Part shown: positions 1 through 14,200 of the stretch, piece after piece
Position numbering within the stretch: position 1 is the stretch's first letter
Layout: each line of letters starts with the position of its first letter
Origin: Macrostomum hystrix
Taxonomy: Eukaryota; Animalia; Platyhelminthes
Length of the DNA stretch: 64,000 nt
Reading direction: 5' to 3'
Assembly: GCA_950097015.1 (NCBI GenBank)
Contig: CATNEN010000001.1
Span: 2,914,001-2,978,000, forward strand
Made by a program: the position numbers and the translations under genes
The notes under the pieces: generated by a model
The model's database searches: none
The model's input: the letters and a program-made list of their open reading frames with translations, nothing else
Told to the model about the DNA's origin: nothing

Positions 1-1114
1 AGTACACATGCAAACTAATGAGGCAGGTGTATAACTTCATCAGCTTTCTTTAATGAAACACATTCACCATAGCATCAAAAATCATTGTAATGCCAATGGA
101 CACTTCAGTTTGTCTTCCTAAAAACTCCAAAAATACTTATACAAATTACATGTTGGAACATCAGTACTCCTACAGTATTTGGTAGCAAATATATTCCAAT
201 ATAATTAAGATTGACAACTTACACATCATCAGGTACATTGGGTTATGGTATTTCTAGTACCAACTAGGCTTCATGGGTAGGATCTTCAGCACCAATCAGC
301 ATCCTCTGAGTGGTCTATTGCATTGAACAGAAATCCCTTTTGTTAGCAGATTGGTCAATTGGCAAGTTTTTCCAATATATTAGAGGCATTTTTTATCAAT
401 AGACAGAGTAGCTGTCTAGTTTAATACAAATCCTTTGCAATTATCAACTCCATTTCTCTCCATAGTCTATGGCACAGCTTAGCTGATATTTAACCTCTGT
501 ATTTCTCTACTGCTTTTCACCCATTTGGCACAGCTGTAGCCATAGACACACACTGTGCTGTCTAGAACATTTCTGATTTTATAAGCCACCATTAAGCCAT
601 TGGAGCAAAACAATGCTTCAGCAATAATTTCGAGTAATGCTTTAAGTCTTATTAATATAAATATTCGTTTTCACTTTTATATTAAACCATTATAAAAATA
701 AAAGATTTTTGTGTAGCTGTCAAGGTAACAAATATACCCATTTACAAATATAGTCCTGTATACATAGGAAACACTTTGTCAAACAAATTTGTCAATCCTT
801 ACATTTCAAAAATTTTATTTGTGGTTTTTAAGCTTTATAATAAAAGTATTTTTGTACCACTGCTAAATAAGTCAAATTATTTTTTTACCAGAAATATAAG
901 TAGTCCTTCATCCACAAACTGCAAATTTTCTGACTTGTCCATAAAGTATTTAATAGCAAGCTAATATAGATTTTTTAATTTACAAATATACTTGTAATAG
1001 TTTTTCTCCATAAAAGTTTTAAAAGGCTACAATACATACAATGCAATACATACAATGATGTCTTATTTGCAGTTGGATCTCAATTAACATTAGCACTCCA
1101 GCATCAGCTTGTGA

Positions 1115-3285
<2,171 letters not shown>

Positions 3286-4865
3286 AAATACCGGTTTCTT
3301 TGAGCAATCGCCTCCAGCTGGACTTTAATTAATTTTATATTAGACCATTGCAAACTAACGACTTTGTTAAAGACGATCTTAAATAGTTTTTAATGATAGA
3401 TTTAGTGAAGACAAATTCCACTCATACTATACTACTTACTTACTATCTGAAGATTAGTAGTATGATGAACGCGAAAAATGTTTTGTATGAATAAATTTGT
3501 GGAATCTCTGAAGCACACAATTTGCAAAGATTTAACTTTCTAAAATCGATCTAGAAAGGCTTTTTAATGCAGTTTTGTAACTTTTTACAAATCAAAAAGG
3601 AATACTTTGCGGTACGCACATTGTTGTTTTGGAGTTTTTTTGCTGTTATACCAAGCATGACCCCACTATAATAGTACAAAACGGAATGAGCCAATCTCCA
3701 TGAGCGCACTATCTTTGTATGCTGATTATGTTTCAGCGTACAAAGCATGTTTTTTGTTTGTACAGCGCGCGGTTTTGTTTAAATGTGTCATTGAGTTTTT
3801 AGTCGTTTTTTTGTTGTTATTAAAGTACTTTTGAATCCAACAGTTTTTTGGATTTTTATTGTTTATTAATTTTGTATGCATGTGTTAAAAAGTCAAAACA
3901 AAATTTTTCTTATATTTATTCCGTTACTACTAGTAATAGTAGTAGCAGACAGTAGTACCAGCGCGAGCAGTGTCTAATATGAAACCGTGCTATTATTCTA
4001 CTTATTCTCATTCTTTTTATTCCTATGCTTGCGTTGATAACTGCTCATCCAATTCATTGTTGCCTTGTGTTTTTTTACCTTTTTAACCTAATAAAAGTAT
4101 GTTACTTTTCGCAAGTTTTTGCCTTAATACACAGTAGTTCCTATTTGATCTTTTGTTGACATTTTTAAACAAAGCCATGATCCATTGTTTATTTATTGTT
4201 AATGTTTGTTTACATAATCATGTATTCTTGCTGTACATGCGTGAAGTGCTTTTAACCTGTTTATTTGTTAAAACTTATCTACTGATCCACTTGTGTACGC
4301 CTATAGCAAACAACACCTCAAATTGTTGCACTACTAATAATTACTGATTTGGTACGGACCTAATGATTTGACAAAGTAACAAAATACACAATTTTACCAT
4401 ATAATACAATATATATTTATGAACAATCTTGATATTTAAAATGAAACGGTGGTTTCACCTCAAAATGTGGACACCTCAAACACTCTAATTTGACCGGGGA
4501 AAATCTTTTTTATTTTCAGTCAAGTTAATTGAGTATAATTTTTTTGATTATTCGCTATTTAACAGAACAGCATGTGCTGTTTAGTTCGAGATTCGAACTC
4601 GCGACCTAGTTAATAAAATTTATGGAACGCATACAGCTTCCACGGCGGATGTTTTTTTGGTAGAGTAAAATTCTAATGAAGTCAAAATATCTAATTATAT
4701 TTAGGGATATTTAGCATGCCATTTGTAGATCTTATTATAAAAATCTTTTTATTATCCCTGGGTTAATTTCATCGAAATACGTTCAAATCTAAAACAAATC
4801 AGTAATTGATTACACCTGCCCTAATTAGGCCAGATGTGCAGTTGACAGCACAGCCGCAGCTATTG

Positions 4866-5045
4866 CTGAAGGCTGTGTACGCATCTTCAGTCCATGGACC
4901 ATGGTCCTACACCCACCCTTAATTACCCCAGCTGATGCTTTTACACATTAAACAGCTGGGTGAACTGAACCAACGCAGAGTTCGTGTCTGGCTGAAAGAC
5001 ACAAATTGTCAATAAAGTCAGGAATCGAACCGCGGACCTTCTAGG
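4866..5045 (-). mobile_element. tRNA-derived CORE-like SINE, degenerate copy of the family at 61455
   Basis: The reverse complement aligns with 61495-61685: aaggtc..ggttcgattcc, ttcagttcacccagctgt, agctggggtaatt, gtccatggactgaa. Confidence 0.75.
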
Positions 5046-5259
5046 CTACTTAACTCGGAATATTAGTCGTCAAATTATAATATTTAATTACAAATGGAAT
5101 AAGGCACCTGATTGCTAATGCATTTAAAATATGTTTGATATGCTACTATAATCAGTTAGGAAATTCGATAAAAAAAACTAAAAAATACTCCTTAATCTAC
5201 ATAAGAAAATTAGTTATCACAGTGTGAAAAAATATAGCATAATATGATAATAAAAGTTA

Positions 5260-7447
5260 TTAAGGGTCTTCCTCAGTCATTAGGTTGACGAGGTCATTAG
5301 GCGACACATTTCTGCCAGTCAGCACAACGCAGACATCACGCCTGCCAGCTAGGAGACTGAACAGTCTGCCAGACAGCAGGGCGGCTAGACCAGCACAGGC
5401 GCTCGGCTCCAGCATCAGGCCCAGACCTCTGGCTAATCTACGCTGGCAGGACCGAATCTCCGAGTCGCTGACTAGCACGACTGCGGCTTTGAAGCCTGCC
5501 AGATGACGGTAGGCGTTTGGGCCGGCGTAGGGCGGAGCCAGCCCGCCTGCCAGGGAGCGAGCCGTTGGCAGGGAGGCCGGCTGACCCTGGAGACATGCAG
5601 GCAGAAACTAGCCATTTTTTGGGCCTTTTTATCCCAAAAGCGAAAAAATCTCAAAGCACTCTAACACTCTTAAAATACCCTTGAGCACTCCTAAAATATC
5701 CCTGAGCACTCTTACAATATGCTTGAGCACACTCCTAAAATATCATTTCTATCCCTGCTAGATGAGAAGGGAATCCCTTCTAGCACTCTTGGAATCCCCC
5801 TAGCTATCTTGGAATCCCCTAGTAATCTTGGAATCCCCCTAGCTATCTTGGAATCCCCCTAGCTATATTGGAATCCCTTAGCACTCTTGGAATCCTCTTT
5901 CGATCTTCTATAACCTTTACCTTCACCCTCACTCAAATTTACCTGATCGAAACTCATACGCATAGTGCAAGCGGTCTCAGGCTCAACAGCGATGACAATA
6001 GGGTGTTGACGCACTTCGCCGTCGCCTAAATTCTTTGACTTTGGCGACGATAGGGCGAGAGCGGCAGCCACGCCGGCTGACAGGCCGCCGCCTCCGCAGC
6101 CGAGGATGACTGCGTCGACCTGTTGCAATTGAAAAAAAGAGGTAATTATTTTCTATTCCTACTGACAGTAGAGCATCGAGGAAATTAAAACAAGCGGAAA
6201 GAACAGATCACCTGCGGCAGCTGCTCGAGAAGTTCCATTCCAAGGCTAGCGTGGCCGGCAATTAGCGGTCGATCGTCGAACGGATGCAAAAATGTGTAGC
6301 CATCGTTGGCCACCTTGGCGTCAACTCGAGACTGCAGCTCCGAAGTTGGGCAGGTGTCAACTTGGGCGCCAAGACTCTTTAAAGTTTTATCACGACTCGC
6401 TTATCATGCTTGTCTGTTTACTATTCCTACCATGTTCATTACTAAGTTAGATCATTGACAGCTCGCCACCCATTCCTAGCTTGCCGCACTCACTTTGATC
6501 TTTAATAGCTTGCCGCACACCCTTTCATCTAAAATAACTTGCCACACACCCTTTGATCTTTAATTGCTTGCCGCACACCCTTTTATAATTGATAGCTTGC
6601 CGCACATCCTTTTATCTCTAATAGCTTGCCGCGCACCCTTTGATATTTGATAGCTTGCCGCACACCCTTTGATCTTTAATTGCTTGCCGCGCACCCTTTT
6701 ATCTTTGATAGCTTGCCACACATCCTTTTATCTCTAATAGCTTGCCGCACACCCTTGTATCTTTGATAGCTTGCCGCACACCCTTTGATCTTTGACAGCT
6801 TGCCGCACATCCTTTGGTCTTTGATAGCTTGCCGCACACCCTTTAATATTTGATAGCTTGCCGCACACCCTTTGGTCTTTGATAGCTTGCCGCACACCCT
6901 TTGATATTTTATAGCTGACTGACGATTCCCTTCGATCGTTTACAGCTTGCCAGAAAATTTCCATCGACCTGATGATATTTTTATGCTTCATGCCATCTAA
7001 CAAATGAACTTTTGGTAGCCGATTAAAAACTCATTTTTAATTCTCTTCCTTTTCGGAAGTCCTCACCCGAATAGTGTCCACCCGATCCTGTGGCGCCGAG
7101 TCGGGCATCAGCACCAGGCCTTGCAAGCCACGACTGCGACAAATCTCGGCAAACGACCGGCCATAATTGCCTGCGGACATTGTGACGAGTTTCACAGCGG
7201 ACCTGCCGGACACATTGGCCAATTGAACGGCTAGTCCGCGAGGCTTAAACGATCCGGTGAACTGGGCGCACTCTAGCTTCAGGTGCAGACGAAAGCCGAC
7301 ATTAGCCGGCAGACCCAGCAGCTGCGGATCGATATTGGTCAAGATTGGCGTAGGCCGAACTAAGCCAGAGGCTTTCACGGTCGCGTAGGCGGCAGTCAGA
7401 TCGGCCAGGGTTAGAAGCGGCGCGTTCGGATCGTAACTGGTTGCCAT
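5260..7447 (-). CDS. PLP-dependent fold-type II enzyme, serine/threonine dehydratase or serine racemase-like, ~349 aa, 4 exons
   Basis: Exons 7447-7067, 6376-6212, 6119-5943 and 5586-5260, all phase 0 and GT-AG. Motifs: KLECAQFTGSFKPRG (PLP lysine), SAGNYG, HPFDD..IAGHASLGMELLEQ, GCGGGGL, AVEPE, EPSACAGLAA, LTGRN. Confidence 0.92.
5772..5897. repeat. Intronic minisatellite, 20-bp unit tcttggaatccccctagcta
   Basis: About 6 visible copies inside dehydratase intron 5587-5942. Confidence 0.85.
6477..6915. repeat. Intronic minisatellite, 29-bp unit tagcttgccgcacaccctttgatctttga
   Basis: About 15 copies inside dehydratase intron 6377-7066. Confidence 0.95.
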
Positions 7448-7584
7448 GGCGCCCAGAGCAGTCTTATTATTATTTTCGTAGTATGCGTGAAAAATTACCG
7501 AAACAATTATTTATAATTAGTCCGTTCATAATTATCTATCATTGGCTGACTCTTGTAACGAATTTAAATACCAGCCATTAAAAT

Positions 7585-7812
7585 TCTCTAATTGGCTAAC
7601 GCTAAGCGCCAATCAAATTCCCCTAACTATAATAATCATCTCTAATTGGCTGACGCTAACAGCCAATCAAATTCCCCTAACTATAATAATCATCTCTAAT
7701 TGGCTGACGCTAACAGCCAATCAAATTCCCCTAACTATAATAATAATCTCTAATTGGCTGACGCTAACAGCCAATCAAATTCCCCTAACTATAATAATCA
7801 TCTCTAATTGCT
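7585..7812. repeat. 54-bp tandem repeat with CCAAT boxes and TGACG, upstream of the dehydratase gene
   Basis: Unit tctctaattggctgacgctaacagccaatcaaattcccctaactataataatca, about 4 copies; appears as an 18-aa periodic ORF. Confidence 0.9.
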
Positions 7813-8204
7813 GCCGTTACGAGCCAAATTAATTCTGACAGTACTATAATAATATTCTCTAAATGGCTTAAGCCAATTAGCCATAGACATCAATAAATAT
7901 CACTTATTGGTTGACGTTACTATTTTATCAACCAATAATAACTTGCAATATAGCTGATATTTATTTATATTTTAATGCATTAGCTTGTAAAAGCGAGAAT
8001 AAAGATTTATGTCACTAATGGATAGCAGAAAAGACTAAAATAACAACATAAAAGCCAACGTCTAATTCACGTTGAAGTCTATAAGATTCTGGATATACAT
8101 GCTGGATATACTGGATGCGCACTGAGAAAGTTAAATAAAAGCTGACCGGTCAGTCTCCGTTGTATCAGGTCCACAGCTGCAGATTAAAAAACTATAGTAA
8201 AATT

Positions 8205-11200
8205 TCAAGCGACTACAGTTTCAAAATTCCTAATAAGTTCGGCCGGCTCGTTAGACCAGGCCACAAACTGGCTGCTGGAGTGACGCAACACGTCTAATTC
8301 AGCACAGAAGCCGCGAACACGCGCGCCGAATTCTAAGTTGTCATTGGTCTGAAATCACAAATGTTAAAGCAATCAGTCAAAAATTGACTGACAGGGTTAG
8401 TGACTACTGTCTGTCAGGGTTGGTGACTGACTGTCAGGGTTGGTGACTGACTGACTGTCAGGGTTGGTGACTGACTGACTGTCAGGGTTGGTGACTGACT
8501 GGCTGTCAGGGTTGGTGACTGACTGTCAGGGTTGGTGACTGGCTGTCAGGGTTGGTGACTGACTGTCAGGGTTGGTGACTGACTGTCAGGGTTGGTGACT
8601 ACTGACTGTCAGGGTTGGTGACTGACTGTCAGGGTTGGTGACTGACTGACTGTCAGGGTTGGTGACTGACTGTCAGGGTTGGTGACTGACTGTCAGGGTT
8701 GGTGACTGGCTGTCAGGGTTGGTGACTGACTGTCAGGGTTGGTGACTGACTGTCAGGGTTGGTGACTACTGACTGTCAGGGTTGGTGACTGACTGTCAGG
8801 GTTGGTGACTGACTGACTGTCAGGGTTGGTGACTGACTGTCAGGGTTGGTGACTGACTGTCAGGGTTGGTGACTACTGACTGTCAGGGTTGGTGACTGAC
8901 TGTCAGGGTTGGTGACTGACTGACTGTCAGGGTTGGTGACTGACTGTCAGGGTTGGTGACTGGCTGTCAGGGTTGGTGACTGACTGTCAGGGTTGGTGAC
9001 TGACTGGCTGTCAGGGTTGGTGACTGACTGACTGTCAGAGTTGGTGACTGACTGTCAGGGTTGGTGACTGACTGTCAGGGTTGGTGACTGACTGTCAGGG
9101 TTGGTGACTGACTGACTGTCAGGGTTGGTGACTACTGACTGTTAGGGTTGGTGACTGACTGACTGTTAGGGTTGGTGACTGACTGGCTGTCAGGGTTGGT
9201 GACTGACTGTCAGGGTTGGTGACTGACTGTCAGGGTTGGTGACTGACTGTCAGGGTTGGTGACTGACTGTCAGGGTTGGTGACTGGCTGTCAGGGTTGGT
9301 GACTGACTGTCAGGGTTGGTGACTGACTGTCAGGGTTGGTGACTGACTGTCAGGGTTGGTGACTGACAGACAGGTAACTGACAACTTACTCCTGGTACGA
9401 TGGTCACCCTGATGACTGAGTCTTGTTGACCATTTCTGTGACGCCTTTCTCTGTCCTTTTTAATCAATCGCTTTAGCGTGTTTTTCATACATTCGAGTCG
9501 CAGCAAGTCCTCGGATAGTACAATGAGAATTATTTTCCAGTTAGTTGACTGAGCATTGCGCAACAAAGACTGGTCCGTAGCGAATACAAATTTGTCAGAG
9601 TCGGGTCGTCTACTCCAGGAAGCTGAGAAATAGTCTACCTGATCTTTCTCACAGCAGATCAGAAGGTACCGGCTGTGTTGGGGGCTCGGCTCATTCAGAT
9701 CCGAATATTGACCTTCATTATCATCTGCTGCATTGTTTGGCCATGGATGGTCGTCAGCTTCGTTCTGCAGCGGCGGTGGCGGTGGCGGAGGCAGTTGCCG
9801 CAATGGTACCGCTTCAGAGGACATGCCGTAGCCATTTCTGTGGTGTCGCTGATTGTTCAGCTGGGCGTCTGACCCCAGACTAGATTCATCGTGTCTATCG
9901 TTATTATTAGCGTTCGCGTCCACATAATGATTGTTGCTAACGTAACGGCCGCCAATGGGTCGATGCTGGTGGGACATTTCGATATCGCTGTAAAATAGAA
10001 GGAAATTAACAAGGATATAAATTTAGACATTCCTGATTCGCTTGATCAGAAATTTTTCCAGGCTAGAGGTTTTACCCATACACATGGTAGAATATAACAT
10101 TTGTTTAATCTGCAAGGATTAGGGATTTTTATCTGGGGATTAGGATTTTTATCTGGGGATTAGGGATTTTTATCTGGGGATTAGGGACATTTATCTGGGG
10201 ATTAGGGATTATTATCTGGGGATTAGGGATTTTTTATCTGGGGATTATGGATTATTATCTGGGGATTAGGGACATTTATCTGGGGATTAGGGATTATTAT
10301 CTGGGGATTTCGAATTCGTTAAATCTGAGTATTTAAAATTTTTTTTTAATAAAAATAAAATAAAATAAACAAATTCAGAGATCCTGAATTTTCAGAATTT
10401 TTCCTAATTTAGAGATTTTAGGATCTCTGAAATTTGTGAATAAAATGTAGGGAATTTTATTTTTTATACGCAGTTTTTATGATTTCTGAAATTTTTTAAC
10501 GTTTAGGGATTTGGGATTTTTCAATCTAGGGCTTCTAAACTTCAACTATAGGGATTTGGAGTTTTTTTATCTAATTAGGATTATGAAATATGGGGATTTG
10601 GGATTTGTTTAAATCTGATAATTTAAGGTTCATTCCTTTACCTGTGAGAAGCGGACCTGTGCCGTTTCTGCAAGTAGTAAATCAGCGATAAAACTGCCGC
10701 AACAAGAACGGCAGCTCCTGGTATTGCTCCACTTAAAACTGCAGGCAGATTCGCACCACCGGAACTGCTGCCGATGCAGCCGCAATCGCCAGCAGTCTGT
10801 CGACTTTGAAGGGCTGCCTGTAGATTTCACGACAGGATTTGAATAACTTTCCAGTTCATTCTGAAACCACTAAATATCACTCCAAATACTTCAGGCTATC
10901 CAACTCATTCATTCTGAACCCTTCAGGCTATCCAACTCATTCATTCTGAATCCTTCAGGCTATCCAACGCATTCATTCTGAATCCTTCAGGCTATCCAAC
11001 TCATTCATTCTGAATCATTCAGGCTATCCAACTCATTCATTCTGAATCCTTCAGGCTATCCAACTCATTAATTCTGAACCCTTCAGGCTATCCAACTCAT
11101 TAATTCTGAATCCTTCAGGCTATCCAACTCATTAATTCTGAATCCTTCAGGCTATCCAACTCATTCATTCTGAACCCTTCAGGCTATCCAACTCATTAAT

Positions 11201-14200
11201 TCTGAATCCTTCAGGCTATACAAATCATTAATTCTGAATCCTTCAGGCTATCCAACGCATTAATTCTGAATCCTTCAGGCTATCCAACTCATTCATTCTG
11301 AATCTTTCAGGCTATCCAACTCATTAATTCTGAACCCTTCAGGCTATCCAACTCATTAATTCTGAACCCTTCAGGCTATCCAACTCATTAATTCTGAACC
11401 CTTCAGGCTATCCAACTCATTAATTCTGAACCCTTCAGGCTATCCAACTCATTCATTCTGAATCCTTCAGGCTATCCAACTCATTAATTCTGAACCCTTC
11501 AGGCTATCCAACTCATTAATTCTGAATCCTTCAGGCTATCCAACTCATTAATTCTGAATCCTTCAGGCTATCCAACTCATTAATTCTGAATCCTTCAGGC
11601 TATCCAACTCATTCATTCTGAATCCTTCAGGCTATCCAACTCATTAATTCTGAATCCTTCAGGCTATACAAATCATTAATTCTGAATCCTTCAGGCTATC
11701 CAACGCATTAATTCTGAATCCTTCAGGCTATCCAACTCATTCATTCTGAATCCTTCAGGCTATCCAACTCATTAATTCTGAATCCTTCAGGCTATCCAAA
11801 TCATTAATTCTGAACCCTTCAGGCTATCCAACTCATTCATTCTGAACCCTTCAGGCTATCCAACTCATTCATTCTGAATCCTTCAGGCTATCCAACTCAT
11901 TCATTCTGAACCCTTCAGGCTATCCAACTCATTAATTCTGAACCCTTCAGGCTATCCAACTCATTCATTCTGAATCCTTCAGGCTATCCAACTCATTCAT
12001 TCTGAATCATTCAGGCTATCCAACTCATTCATTCTGAACCCTTCAGGCTATCCAACTCATATGTATCCTTACAGCATTTGGTCGGTCCGTAAGAACTTGG
12101 GTTGTACTTGGCAAGCAGAGACAAGTTGCTGGCGTTACTACGCGGTTGTCAAGCAAGCTGAACTGTTGAAGTTGAGTCAGATGAGCTACTCGCTCGGGCT
12201 GCACGTCAGTCAATTGGTTTGAGTCCATGTTGAGAACTCTAATAAATTTATGATGCAATATTACGTAAGGCTCGAATGATAAGCACACAATGATAAGCTC
12301 GAATGTAAACTCGAATTTCATGCAGTGCACAATAAACTTACTCCAGACTGTTTGGCAAATCTGGTGGAATCTTGGTTAATCGGTTGCCAGATAGCCGTAA
12401 ACTCTTCAGCTTTGTTGGCAGCGGAGTCAGACAGTTAACAGACTGGTCGTCAAGGCCGGAGTTATGTAAACTCAGTTGTTTCAATTCAACCAATGCTGAG
12501 AAGCATCCTTTACTGCCTTCAGCATTGCTGCTACACAACAGATACAATTTATCAATGTTTTCAATCTCCAGCGTTGCCATGGTGACAGTCCAAGCGACTG
12601 AGGATAAATCTTGGCTTGTAAGAACCGAGTGCCGATTGAATCGTTGCAGACTGAGTGTGCTCAGTGCGCGAAGATTCTTTGTTGCTGTCAGGGCTGCATT
12701 GAAGCTCAACTGTGTTTCAGGCGGCCTTCACAAATTGGGTCAGTATATTCGGTGTTAGTAAGACTAGCTTAGCAAAATGCAACCTCAAACGAGCCTTAGT
12801 AAACAATCAAAGCATGAAGGTGTGATTTGAAACTCAAAAAATGATCAGAAAGTGAAGAAATGATCCGAAACTGAAGAAATGATCAGAAAGTGAAGAAATG
12901 ATCGGAAACTGAAGAAATGATCCGAAACTGAAGAAATGATCAGAAAGTGAAGAAATGATCGGAAACTGAAGAAATGATCCGAAACTGAAGAAATGACCAG
13001 AAAGTGAAGAAATGATCGGAAACTGAAGAAATGATCCGAAACTGAAGAAATGATCAGTAAGTGAAGAAATGATCGGAAACTGAAGAAATGATCCGAAATT
13101 GAAGAAATGATTAGAAACTGAAGAAATGATCAGAAACTGAAGAAATGATCAGTAAGTGAAGAAATGATCGGAAACTGAAGAAATGATCCGAAATTGAAGA
13201 AATGATTAGAAACTGAAGAAATGATCAGAAACTGAAGGTAGGATGAAACCTGAAGATTTTATTAGAGACTGAAGAGTTTTCTTTAAAAAAAGATAAAAAA
13301 GTATTATACTAGGGGGTTTGCCTCTAACGCGTTTGCCTCTCGCACCAAGGTCCCTGAGCTCGATTCCGCAGCGAGGCCACATTCATTTGAGGGCCGCAGC
13401 CGCGGAGACAAGGCTTGGGGGCTTGTCGTGCAATTTACGCCCTTAAGGGCCAACCTCTAAGGCACAGTGAGAGTGTACACTGCATGATGATGAGAAAGTT
13501 AGGGCAGATCTGTATGCCTGCACACCTGTGTGAGCGTGTGCCTGCGTACGGTATCTGTGCGTGTGTGCTCAGGAGTCAGTGGAATGGGCAGAATTGCCCC
13601 CTCGCTAGCTGCGGGTCTAGTGTCACGAAATGATGTGCCATTTCCCGCAGCCCTCCTGCAATTATTACTTTTATTACGTATTGTACTTCACTCACTCTCG
13701 AGCAGTGACAGAAGAAGAAGAAGCACTTTTGCCGGCACTTTTCGAAGGCAGACTCAAATGCAAACTAGTCAAACTGTCAGTCACGGATGTGAAATCTAAT
13801 GTCTCCAATGGACAACTCCGACAACTCAGAGCCTTCAGTTTGCTTGGCAAGCATTTCGAATCAATGGTTCGAAGATTTAAACTCGAGCTCAGCGTTATGG
13901 ATGTCAGACTATCGGCGGTGGAAGCCATGTCACCAGGTAGGCTGCAATCAGTCAAAGGATTACCAGCTAAGCTAACCTTAGCCAAATGCTTGGGCAATCG
14001 AATATTTGGTAGTCGATGAAATTGATTAGCCGATATGTGGAGAGTTTGCAGCCTTGGTGCCGCACTATAGATAGCATCTGTAGCTATGCCAGACTCATCT
14101 GATAAGGCATTGGCGTCCAGATGAAGGTTAGTAACGTTGACGAATCCGCGCAAAGAATCTACAGTCAGCGACGTTAATCCACAACCGTTTAGGATTAATT

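Noticed and set aside
1-620. Possible decayed transposase or coding remnant on the minus strand
   Set aside because: Many stops and no motif I could recognise; a tBLASTx search would be needed.
10630-10830. 66-aa ORF given in the ORF track
   Set aside because: Wrong frame. The real exon (10817-10642) is in another frame and encodes the TM helix.
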